Shown: positions 54,122 through 64,000 of the stretch, one piece after another | Position numbering within the stretch: position 1 is the stretch's first letter | How the letters are laid out: each line of letters starts with the position of its first letter | Assembly: GCA_951406725.2 (NCBI GenBank) | Contig: OX597817.1 | Span: 12,028,001 to 12,092,000 of the forward strand | Reading direction: 5' to 3' | Length of the DNA stretch: 64,000 nucleotides | Source: Octopus vulgaris | Taxonomy: Eukaryota | Position numbers and translations under genes: made by a program | Notes under the pieces: model-generated | Told to the model about the DNA's origin: nothing | Database searches by the model: none | What the model saw: the letters and a program-made list of their open reading frames with translations, nothing else

Positions 54122-54359
54122 ATGAAATCCAGCTTAGTGTGATCTTCAGGTTTTATTATTTACATTTTTTACAATTTTACAATTTTACAATATTGAAATA
54201 AACTAGTACTTTCATGTGCTATCATGGAACACGACTGTCACTATATGAACCTGATGATTGCGTGACGCATGAAAGTACTAGTTTATTTCAATATTGTAAA
54301 ATTGTAAAAATTGCAAATAATAAAACGTGAGAATAATATTTTGTTGGAATTTCATTGAT
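54119..54359. repeat. Fold-back element (arms ~54119-54216 and 54268-54359)
   Basis: TTTTACAATATTGAAATAAACTAGTACTTTCATG and its exact reverse complement, with imperfect pairing further out. Confidence 0.85.
54245..54286 (+). ncRNA. Minimal type-I hammerhead ribozyme (family H3)
   Basis: ATGAAC-CTGATGA-T-TGCG-TGA-CGCA-T-GAAA-GTAC-TA-GTTTAT; 6-bp helix I, 4-bp stem II, palindromic AGTACT helix III, CUA triplet. Confidence 0.65.
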
Positions 54360-54488
54360 TAATATATTGTTCTACACACAGTGATACAAACTCGGATATA
54401 ACTGATGAGGGAGTGATTGTATTCACGTCTTTTGTGTATGTTTCCCATGCACCCCTTGTCGACTTTCTGTGCAACCTTTTAATCTTTC

Positions 54489-54523
<35 letters not shown>

Positions 54524-54547
54524 CACACAAACACATACATATACATA

Positions 54548-54771
54548 TATATTAAAGTTAGATAAGGCCGGTCTATGGGATTACCTTAGGTTTCAATTCC
54601 ATAAAGGGCTTAGCTTTATGGTGTATAATCAAATCCCAAAATCTGTCTCTAGCGAGAGAGGCCTTTAGCCAATAGTTTTTTGAATCTGATGATACGCCAT
54701 AAAGCTAAGCCGTTTTTGGACGTGAAATTTAAGGTAGTCCCATAAATCGGTCTTATCTAAATTTAATATAT
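54548..54771. repeat. Imperfect fold-back element (~90-bp arms)
   Basis: TTAGATAAGGCCGGTCTATGGGATTACCTTA..GGCTTAGCTTTATGGTGTAT pairs with ATACGCCATAAAGCTAAGCC..TAAGGTAGTCCCATAAATCGGTCTTATCTAA. Confidence 0.8.
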
Positions 54772-54774
54772 ACT

Positions 54775-55275
54775 TATTTCTTTACTACCCACAAGGTGCT
54801 AAACACAGAGAGGACAAACAAGGACAGACAAACAAATTAAGTCGACTATATCGATCCCAGTGCGTAACTGGCACTTAATTTATCGACCCCGAAAGGATGA
54901 AAGGCAAAGTCGACCTCGGCGGAATTTGAACTCTGAAAGTAACGGCGGACGAAATACCGCAAAGCATTTCGCCCGGCGTGCTAACGTTTCTGCCAGCTCG
55001 CCGCCTTCATTTTTTTTTGCGACCTGAAAAGCAAGTTATTATATATTTCTTTACTACCCACAAGGGGCTAAACATAGAGAGGACGAACAAGGACAGACAA
55101 ATGGATTAAGTCGATTACATCGACCCCAGTGCAAAACTGGTACTTTTATTTATCGACCCCGAAAGGATGAAAGGCAAAGTCGACCTCGGCGGAATCTGAA
55201 CTCAGAACGTAACGACAGATGAAATACCGCAAAGCATTCTGCCCGATGCGCTAACGTGTCTGCCAGCTCGCCGCC
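54775..55275 (-). mobile_element. Two tandem SINE family B copies (54775-55005 and 55044-55275)
   Basis: Both match 41118-41348; TTTAATATATAC flanks the pair (54762-54773 and 55283-55294). Confidence 0.9.
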
Positions 55276-56837
55276 TTCAAACTTTAATATATACAGGTTT
55301 ATAACTTATATATATATAAGTGAACACTTTCATACTCTAAATTTGTGAATTGTAAGCTTCTGTTGCTAATTTCATTGCAATGAACTTTCTGTTTCCTTTT
55401 CAATAAAACGCTCTTTCTGTTTCTAGTTGGAATTTGTATTTATGTGAGTACAGTTTGTGTGAATGTCTGTCCTTCCGTGATCTGCTATCTCCTTTAACTG
55501 TTGAAAATGGTCGGCTATACCAGAATTCGATGTAACTATATTATATGTAATCAAATTAGCAAAGTGAAAAAATATTTAATATAGGTCCAGTTATTGTTAC
55601 AGTTCATGTATTGACACTATATTTCAACGTTAATAATAATAAATGCAAAAGTAATCAAATTTGAGAGTAATACACATACACACGTACATATATAATAAAA
55701 ACCTAATTGTTTTATGTGTATGTGATTACGTATGTGTGAAATGTATGTATATTGTATAAACACACATAAGCACGCACACACAAATATGTGTATATGTGTT
55801 TGTATAAAATACCACGAAACATCTAGCATTTTTTACAATTATTTTCAATGCATATAAATTGACACAAAATTGCGCGCACACACGTGCATATGAATGTGGC
55901 TATATGAACGCATAAAAGAGAAAAATATATACATACAATGATAGTCATTAACTTTATAAGTACATATGGATACATACCGACATATGTATACATATAGTCT
56001 TATATATAATACGAGATTCATTTTATGCATTCGTGTATAAATGCACATATGTATCTTTTGTTATCATAAGCGCTCTAGCTGTTAAAATCTGCTTTTTGTC
56101 TCTTTGAAGTGAACCGTAAATAAGAGGCGAACAAATGCGGAGTTTTCTGTTTAGAAAGCCGCTTTATAACAATACCATAAGTCCTAGAGATGCAAATTAG
56201 CATTGTTGCTGGCAGAGAATTGGGAAGCCAAAAGAAAAAAAAAAACGGGTGGAACATACAATACCATAATTCTCATCTTTAAGCTAAAACCCGAAAAGCT
56301 AGACATTTGTCAAATGAAGGCCATCATTATCATTTCTTTTTTTTTTTACAAACCTTTATACGAAATTCTCTTCAAAATACATTTGAGCAGCAATCATTCT
56401 CGATTTAAACATGTGTTAAACAATAGAATGCTCCCCATTTTGTACTACGTAGAACTGTTGGTGCAAAGTAATCGTGCATTTGATAACTATTCTTAGGTTA
56501 CATATTTATTTTGAATGCACGCATAACTGATTTTAGAATAGAGTACACTTGTGTTATAAAGATTATTGGTGTTTTTTAGGGTTTCTTTCATTATTTTGTT
56601 CGAAGATTATGTTGCATGGCACTCGGTAGTAAAGCATTGAATCCGATAGCGTAAAGTGAAATTTAGTCTATAAAAACAAATATATTTGTATCAGAGTAAA
56701 TTACTTGGAAGATTGACAAGAAGTTAACGTCTCCATGTCGGTTAATGTAATCGGACTCAACGGAAATGGATTAACAGACAACAGAACTTACTGTTGAAAT
56801 TCATCGAATTTATCAGGCAAATGTTCCGCAAATGTTA

Positions 56838-57145
56838 TCTTTATATATAAAATTGAAGTTGTGTGTGTGAGACTCTGTCTCCTCCGATTTAGATTCCAAA
56901 CTATTCCCACATTTTGCGGTGCAGTTTAACCAAAAACGGGTATCTTATAGTCGTCATTCATATCGACCCCTTCTGGGTATTAGTGCGCGTCTACGATGAG
57001 TCTACGATTTTAAAAAAAAATTTACCATCATTTTTCCGCATTTTTAATGATTTTTGCTCGGGTTATATAAGGGAAGTAACTCTCTAAAAATGTTTACATA
57101 GTTATTTCCCTTACAAACCCGAGCAACGCCGGGCGATACTGCTAG
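56838..57145 (+). mobile_element. Non-autonomous Helitron (1 internal unit)
   Basis: A|TC...CCCGAGCAACGCCGGG..CTAG|T. Confidence 0.9.
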
Positions 57146-57502
57146 TTTGGTTATAAAATCGTAATGTTTGGACCAATAGAAAGGAATCAGGAAGACCAGA
57201 TGTGTTAGCATGGAGCATTCTATGAAAGATGGAACATTTCTGTGACATGTCTACCTTAAGTGATTTTCAGACAGCGTCAATATGTACCAAAGATGTATCG
57301 TGGATCGTTGGAAAATAGCCTCGAATAAGGTCACAAAGTAGAATAAATAAAGAAAGGAAAGAATAAAGGTGAATTAACGATCCTCGATTACTAGTCTGAG
57401 ATTCGATTAACTCAGCATGTCTCTAAACAAATAACAAAGAAATTTTAGTAATACTTACTGTGTACATTCACAACGGTCTTATTTGAAAATAAATCTATTA
57501 CC

Positions 57503-57724
57503 TATTTCTTTACTACCCACAAGGGGCTAAACACAGAGAGGACAAACAAACGGATTAAGTCGATTACATCGACCCCAGTGCGTAACTGGTACTTAATTTA
57601 TCGACCCCGAAAGGATGAAAAGCAAAGTCGACCTCGGCAGAATTTGAACTCAGAACGTAATGGCAGACAAAATACGGCTACGCATTCCACCCGGTGTGCT
57701 AACGTTTCTGCCAGCTCGCCGCCT
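57503..57724 (-). mobile_element. SINE family B
   Basis: 13-bp TSD TAAATCTATTACC at 57490-57502 and 57725-57737. Confidence 0.92.
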
Positions 57725-57769
57725 TAAATCTATTACCCAAGACTATTCAATTACACCCCCAAAATCTTT

Positions 57770-58190
57770 TTTCTAATGTTGGCACAAGGCCAGCAATTTT
57801 TAGGGGATGAAGTCAGTCGATTAAATGGACTATAGTCTTTGACTGGTACATATTTTATCGACCATAGGGAGATGAATGGCAGGGCTGACCCCAGCAGAAT
57901 TTGAACTCAGACCATAAAATCAGAAAAAATGTCACAAGGCGTTTTGTCAGAGGCGTAATCGATTTTGCCGGCTTAACGCCTTACTGTACTCCTAAAATAT
58001 CCTTTCTGTTATAAGCACAAGGTCTGAAATTTGGTGGGCAAGGGTCTAGTTGATTCCTGTGCTTAACTGCTATTTATTTTATCGACTCCCTCCGAAAGGA
58101 GGAAAGACAAATTCGACCTCGGTGGCATTTGAACTCAGAACATAAAACCTGAAGAAATGTTAACGATTCTGCCAGCCAGCTCGCCAAACA
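57770..58190 (-). mobile_element. Two older family-B-related SINEs
   Basis: TTTATCGAC..GAAAG..GACCTCGG..ATTTGAACTCAGA blocks at ~57850-57910 and ~58075-58140. Confidence 0.7.
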
Positions 58191-60127
58191 GTGGAGATTT
58201 CGTGTTAGTTTCATTCACTAAAACAAAAAAAAAAGAAACAAACAAAGGTTTTGATTTGAGTGTTTCTTGTCTTGGGAAGGTAATTTGGAGAATATAGAGT
58301 ACATTCATGGAAATAAGCTTTTACTATTATAGGAAGTAGGCAAGGTGCCAGTGATATGAAATGTATAGCTACATTCAAAACATCTCAAGTGGCTAAACTT
58401 GGACTCAGTCACAGAACACGCATGTTACAAATAAAATAAACAAAGCATTTAAGTTACTTTTGTGGTTTCTAATTACTCAAAGATAATCAAACTCAACGTC
58501 TAATTATATCAACGTTTAATAACAGAATTTCAAAGTTTGTTTTGTAGATTTGCTTATAATTACAAGAACTGTCCTTCTCTTTCCTATCTAGAATTCATGT
58601 AATAATTTTTTTATTCCCTTACTAAACTCTATTTTATACCCTCTCTTTCATTTATGAATTTTAAATTAACATTTCATTGTTGTTTATTTTGAGAAAGGTT
58701 ATCAGTCTCGTCTATAGAGTGTCAGACTGCTAATAAAAAAATGTCAGATCCCCAACTCACCCTTACTTAATTTTTATCTTTCCCTTTTTTCCTTCTCTCT
58801 CTTTCTCAATTTATTCATTTGTCACTACCAAAATTCACCTCTCCCAGTGAATTGTACAGTTCTAAACATTAGACTCTCTTCTTCCTGGCAAACCGTTTTA
58901 CGGATCCTACTCTTTATCAAACAAATTATGTCCACTTCGTTACTTAGCCATTTAAATGTTATCTGTAAAAGAAACTCTCCTACGAAATATACTCCAAAAT
59001 TATTATGTATGAGGATACTGTACAACTGACGAAGTTCTTGGAAGTTTTCTATGTCTGTAAGATAAAGTGTTTTTATTTCGTGATAGAATCGTTTCCCAGC
59101 CTTTCATCCTCTATGATCATAGGTAAGCCGAAGCACACTTCCTTTAAGGTTTAAATTGGGCTCGATTAGAACCCATCACATAGAAAACACAACCAACTTC
59201 AAGGCCAACATCTTAATAACCAATAGCCATTTAATAAGCCAGAGATTAAGTATGTTTGAAATAAAGAAAGCAATGACGTGTGTAATGACGAAGTCTTATG
59301 TTCCAGTTGTATTCCAAAGAATCGGTGGATTATTGGGCTTACAAACATATACGCATGCACACAAACACACACATACACAGAAGCATACACATACACACAA
59401 ACACATACGTACACACATATACAATATATTGTGTTATGGTACTCGTTTAGGTTTCTAATTTCTTCTTCCATTCACATTTTTTACAACCCCAACTATGTAT
59501 CCATTCTGAAAATATTTGGAGGTATTTTTGTTGGGATTTTTTTTTTTTTGCGTGAAACGGAATAGTATTAATCAATAGGGCTTAATGTCTGGAATTTAAG
59601 AATGAATTGCGAACGAATAATCAAAACAGTATAATTAAGGTATACATTTTGTTTTACAAAAAGTACTAACAATAATTTATCTTAATGTGAAATAGGATGA
59701 AAGTGAGTAGAAAAATGAGAAAAAATAGAATAAAACCGTTGTGATCGCTCGCATGTGTGTGTATGTGTGCGTGTGTGTAAATATATGCGTGTGTGTGTGT
59801 AAAATCCATACGTTTGCCGTTATAGCTACGTTAAGCTGAGTGATTCTAAAGGTTTTAAGGGTTCTACCAATTTACACACAATTATGGATTTATACCACAT
59901 GGACTAATTTATTAAGAATATACCTACACCATCGAATACAAACAACTAATCGTGTGCCATGAGCCTGAAGATTGTATACAACAAGGCACATTTGTAATCT
60001 GCTTAATCTGAATGTCTCTATGGCAAGAAGCTATTAGTAGCCCTTATTTTCAATACAGTGTGCATTAAATGATATATATATATATATTTATATATATATA
60101 TGCATGTATGTACGTATGTATGTATGT

Positions 60128-60680
60128 CAGGTCACTTTCGAGTGCTACTGGTAACATGTAACCCAGTACAACCTGTTGCATGGTCGGGTCGTCGGCGACT
60201 AAACCGGCAACCCCACCAAGCTTGCTTGATGAGGAGGGTGTTTGTTGGACACCCTGCGAGATGAAAAACAAAACCCGTCAAATGGCGGAGGAACTTTTGA
60301 GAGTCAACGGCCATCCAATAAATGTCTTAAGGCTGTATCATACGCGGTGACATAGAAATAATCGGACCTAATACCCGATTGTGCGGTTAAACCATTGGGA
60401 GTGAAGGACTCCTAGCCTTTGTTAGGGCATCCTTCTAGGAGAAGGTAACTCAGGTAACTGGGATAACTCCGACATAAAACCTGCGGCTCAGTGGTTACCG
60501 ATGATGTTGACTTGTTCTTCTTTTCGGATTATGGCTGCTGTTGCTTAGTGAGTGGGACTTACTCAGTGCACAGCCTTTCCTCACTTAAAAAAAAATCTTT
60601 TTGCACAGGCATTGCACGATAACAACATTGATCAAGCTTCGTGCAATGGCCATACTCGATAACGAGGGAGTAGCCACCAT
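60128..60680 (+). mobile_element. Non-autonomous RTE-derived element (5' UTR-like region plus RTE-like 3' tail)
   Basis: TAGGGCATCCTTCTAGGAGAAGGTAACTC resembles RTE 5' UTRs; 3' end resembles the RTE tail at 22630-22660; (TATG)n on both sides. Confidence 0.55.
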
Positions 60681-61027
60681 GTATGTATGTATGTATGTAT
60701 GTATGTATGTATGTATGTATGTATGTATGTATGTATGTATGTATGTACGTATGTATGTATGTATGTATGTATGTATTATGTATGTATGTATGTACGTATA
60801 TATGTGTGTGTATATATGTATGTATGTCAACAAAGTTTCTATTTTCAAGTACCCGTTGGTTCCAGTTTATTATAAGTCACTATATTATTGTCGTAAGTAA
60901 ACATTTTTTTCATAATCTGTGAAACTTATGTTAAATTTGCTTTGCACAAATAAATCATTATTTCATTACATTTGCGAGAAAATATTCTCAAAATTATTAA
61001 AACTTTAACCCCCAAGTCCGTCAGTTG

Positions 61028-61657
61028 GGCTCTTTTCAGTTTTGCTGCCAATTTTCGAAAATTTAAAGTTTATTGAAAATTTTGAAATTTGTTACATTGA
61101 TGTAGTTTTCCATGCTGAATCTGAGAAAAAGATTTTTAAAAAGCTATAGAGGTTTAAAGTTTGATCATTTTTACCCAGTCAGAAAACAGGATTTGGAAGC
61201 TGTCATTTTGTGCGTGAAAGCATGTGTTGTCAATTGCAACAAATTAAATTTTGCTTTAAGCACGCCACGTAACCCCACATAACTTTTTTAATTTTTTCAA
61301 ATTTGTATTCTACACGCGGGAATTCATTCGATTATCCAAAAGTAAAACAAAAAATATTTTGGTGTGTGATTTAAGGCCTATTTGGCTGTTATTTTTGATA
61401 CATCTCACCACAACCTCAATGAGTGGAAAATGCTTGGCTTGTTATTATGGAAACAGGTATGAATATGTGGCTTACGATTGACTAAAATTACTCAAAATTT
61501 GCAAACTTTAAAAGCTAATAACCCTTTATTCATTGATTTATTGCGAAAATGAATTTCAAAGATATGATTAGCATATAAAACCATATTACACGGAATATGA
61601 AAACAATTCGAGCAGGAATTGAGGAGATTGTAAATTAGCAGCCAAACATAAAAGACC
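61028..61657. mobile_element. Non-autonomous TIR transposon with 9-bp TSD (MULE/Merlin-like)
   Basis: Imperfect TIRs GGCTCTTTTCAGTTTTGCTGCCAATTT / AAATTAGCAGCCAAACATAAAAGACC; CGTCAGTTG at 61019-61027 and 61658-61666. Confidence 0.65.
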
Positions 61658-62238
61658 CGTCAGTTGACACTAAATTATACGAAGTAAACTCTTTTGTTTG
61701 CCTCGTAGTTTATTTCTTGCACGTCTACAGAGAATACGTCAGGAGTGTATGTGTATGTGGAGGGGTTATACAGTGAAGCCCCGTTGAATCATATTCCGTT
61801 GAGCAGGATGTCGGTTAAACCGGACGAAACCTGACTGAAGAAATAGACTGTCAGGGTTGATTTTTACCGCCATCTTTGTGCATCATTGTAGAGGTATATA
61901 TTCTGAATGAACTAGAATCGTAACTAATACACACTATGTTTTTATAGTTGTATGTATAACTTAATTTACTGAAACTGATTTTTTATATCCTAATTCTGTT
62001 AATGCTGAGTCGGGATATAATCTGTTCATAATTTAATAATACGAATTCAGAAACAAAGATTAAGGCAGGTTGAAGTAATCTAATGTTTGCGGGTCAGGTT
62101 TTTAGTAATATGCAAGCTAGACTAGTAACATAGTAGCACAATGCACGGTATAACAACTGCAATAATTAACACAAGCATAACTTGCGTGACCCAGCAATTC
62201 AGTAAATTAAGTAACAGGTATTTTTTTTTTACTTCATT

Positions 62239-62640
62239 ACTCTTTTACTTGTTTCAGTCATTTGACTGTGGCCATGCTGGAGCACCGCCTTTAATCGAGC
62301 AACTCGACCCCGGGACTTATTCTTTGTAAGCCCAGTACTTATTCTATCGGGCTCTTTTGCCGAACCGCTAAGTGACGGGGACATAATCACACCAGCATCG
62401 GTTGTCAAGCAATGCTAGGGGGACAAACACAAACATACACGCACACACACACATATACATATATATACATATATATACGACGGGCTTCTTTCAGTTTCCG
62501 TCTACCAAATCCACTCACAAGGCTTTGGTCGGCCCGAGGCTATAGTAGAAGACACTTGCCCAAGGTGCCACGCAGTGGGACTGAACCCGGTACCATGTGG
62601 TTGGTAAACAAGCTACTTACTACACAGCCACTCCTGCGCC
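62239..62640 (-). mobile_element. SINE family A, full length
   Basis: Reverse complement of the 11726 element; GTAT(n)ACTTC flanking duplication. Confidence 0.9.
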
Positions 62641-63653
62641 TAACTTGTATTTTTTTTTACTTCGTTACTTCATAATAGTTGTAAGAAGAAGCATGTGGGT
62701 CTATCTGTAAACCAGAAACTGGAACTTAAAAGCAAATTAGGTGTTGGTGTTTCGATAACGACGGTTGCGTTGTCAGGGATAAGGCTCGTGATGCTCATTT
62801 TCAGTCATTGGATCACTTCAATGTATAATGATATCTACTCAGTAGATAGACTAAACCATTTTGAATTACACCCTCAATCTGTCTAGGGCGGCTCTTATCT
62901 CTTTTGTATTTACTGACTCTCGAGCCACCGACTTGTGTAATCCTGCCTGACCATATATTTACCCGATTATTTTCTATTTCTTTTTATTTCTAAATTCAGT
63001 TTTCTCTTGCTCATCACATCTATTCTCATAGCATCTAAGACACATCAACCACAGCATCAAAGACACATCAACCACGGAAACTCTGGTTGATAATGCTACT
63101 CAATTCAAATGCATTGTTTAACCTCGACCTCACTAGGATAGCCGAATGCGACGCGAAACAATGGCGAGTTGCACTTCAACAACCTACTCAGTAAAGTTTC
63201 TAATCCACTGTAGTTCCAATAAACTTTATATTAATGACTTAGTTTTCATTACTATTACTGTCAACAATTAAGAGTATTAGCTCACAGTTATCCTTTTCTT
63301 CAGTCTACAAATAACTAATATTTGTTCTCTTTCCCGTACCTTTTTGGAAAGAGTTCCCTCAAATTATTTTAAACTGAGATTTTCCTTGTTTCCATTATTT
63401 CTACTTGGCTTGACTAATGCAAATTCCTAATATTCTCTACTAATTCTATTTCAGAGGCATTTGTTGTTGTATGGTCTTGGTCTCCGCCACAAACATCGTT
63501 TTCAACTTTATGATCCTAAACTTAAAAAGGAGACCGAAACTAGCCATATAAATTGATTGCTGACACAACAAAATTAAATCTATTCTCATCTGTCAGTCTG
63601 ATTGTTAATTTAGAAAGTGAATGAACCTAGTCAGAAGCTTCAAATTGTATATA

Positions 63654-64000
63654 TTAGGCCATCCCATAAGTAATATCCAGACTTCAATATATTTTCAATT
63701 TTTAAACGTTTTAACTATATTTTAGAATGTCTAATGGCATCAGGTGATATTTATATGTTTTTGTATATATTTAAACTTATTAAATTTCATTTTGCAGGAT
63801 AATCTAATTGAAATTTCAATAAATATAGCTCTTCAAACACGGAAGTGTCTAAGGAGCATTCGGGGCACATAATGCTTTATGAGTTTAAAAAGAGGACTTT
63901 GTAGCTGAAGAGACTTGAAATATTGACTCAGCTTATGGAGGAGAATGCCTTAATGAAAGAACTTGCAGAAAATGGTTTGTAAATTTCAGAAGTGGAGATT
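63654..64000 (+). mobile_element. 5' part of a mariner related to 15994-17238 (runs off window)
   Basis: TA + TTAGGCCATCCCATAAG TIR; degenerate EVSKEH..HIMLYEFKK..LNERTCRKWF..FRSGD N-terminus. Confidence 0.85.

Noticed and set aside
55800-56500. Hydrophobic minus-strand frames suggestive of GPCR TM5-7 (also 17560-18180)
   Set aside because: The hydrophobicity is explained by AT-rich or decayed microsatellite composition, and there are no diagnostic motifs.
61800-61845. GTCGGTTAAACCGGACGAAAC hairpin+GAAAC
   Set aside because: No CUGANGA lies upstream in register.

Overview
AT-rich, repeat-dominated eukaryotic (animal) DNA with no convincing intact host gene. Most ORFs in the track are artefacts of (TA)n, (TACA)n, (CA)n and (AAT)n microsatellites. 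The SINE repertoire and microsatellite load resemble an octopus/cephalopod genome, which is an inference from recalled repeat families. The only long real ORF (52002-53933) is the reverse-transcriptase half of a young, 5'-truncated CR1-group LINE inserted in a (TA)n tract. The rest is a transposon patchwork: three mariner elements, one Tc1-like element, five non-autonomous Helitrons, at least four tRNA-derived SINE families (about 25 copies), and relics of RTE, R4/Dong, HERO-like, CR1-like and Penelope-like (PLE) retroelements. The most interesting signal is a set of at least three unrelated short non-coding repeat families that carry minimal type-I hammerhead ribozyme cores (CUGANGA-stem-GAAA-palindromic helix III). 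They sit in or beside microsatellites and often form inverted or partial-tandem structures, next to PLE RT and GIY-YIG relics. A second signal is a 3' stem-loop module shared by the commonest SINE and three different LINE ends. All alignments and folds were done by eye.
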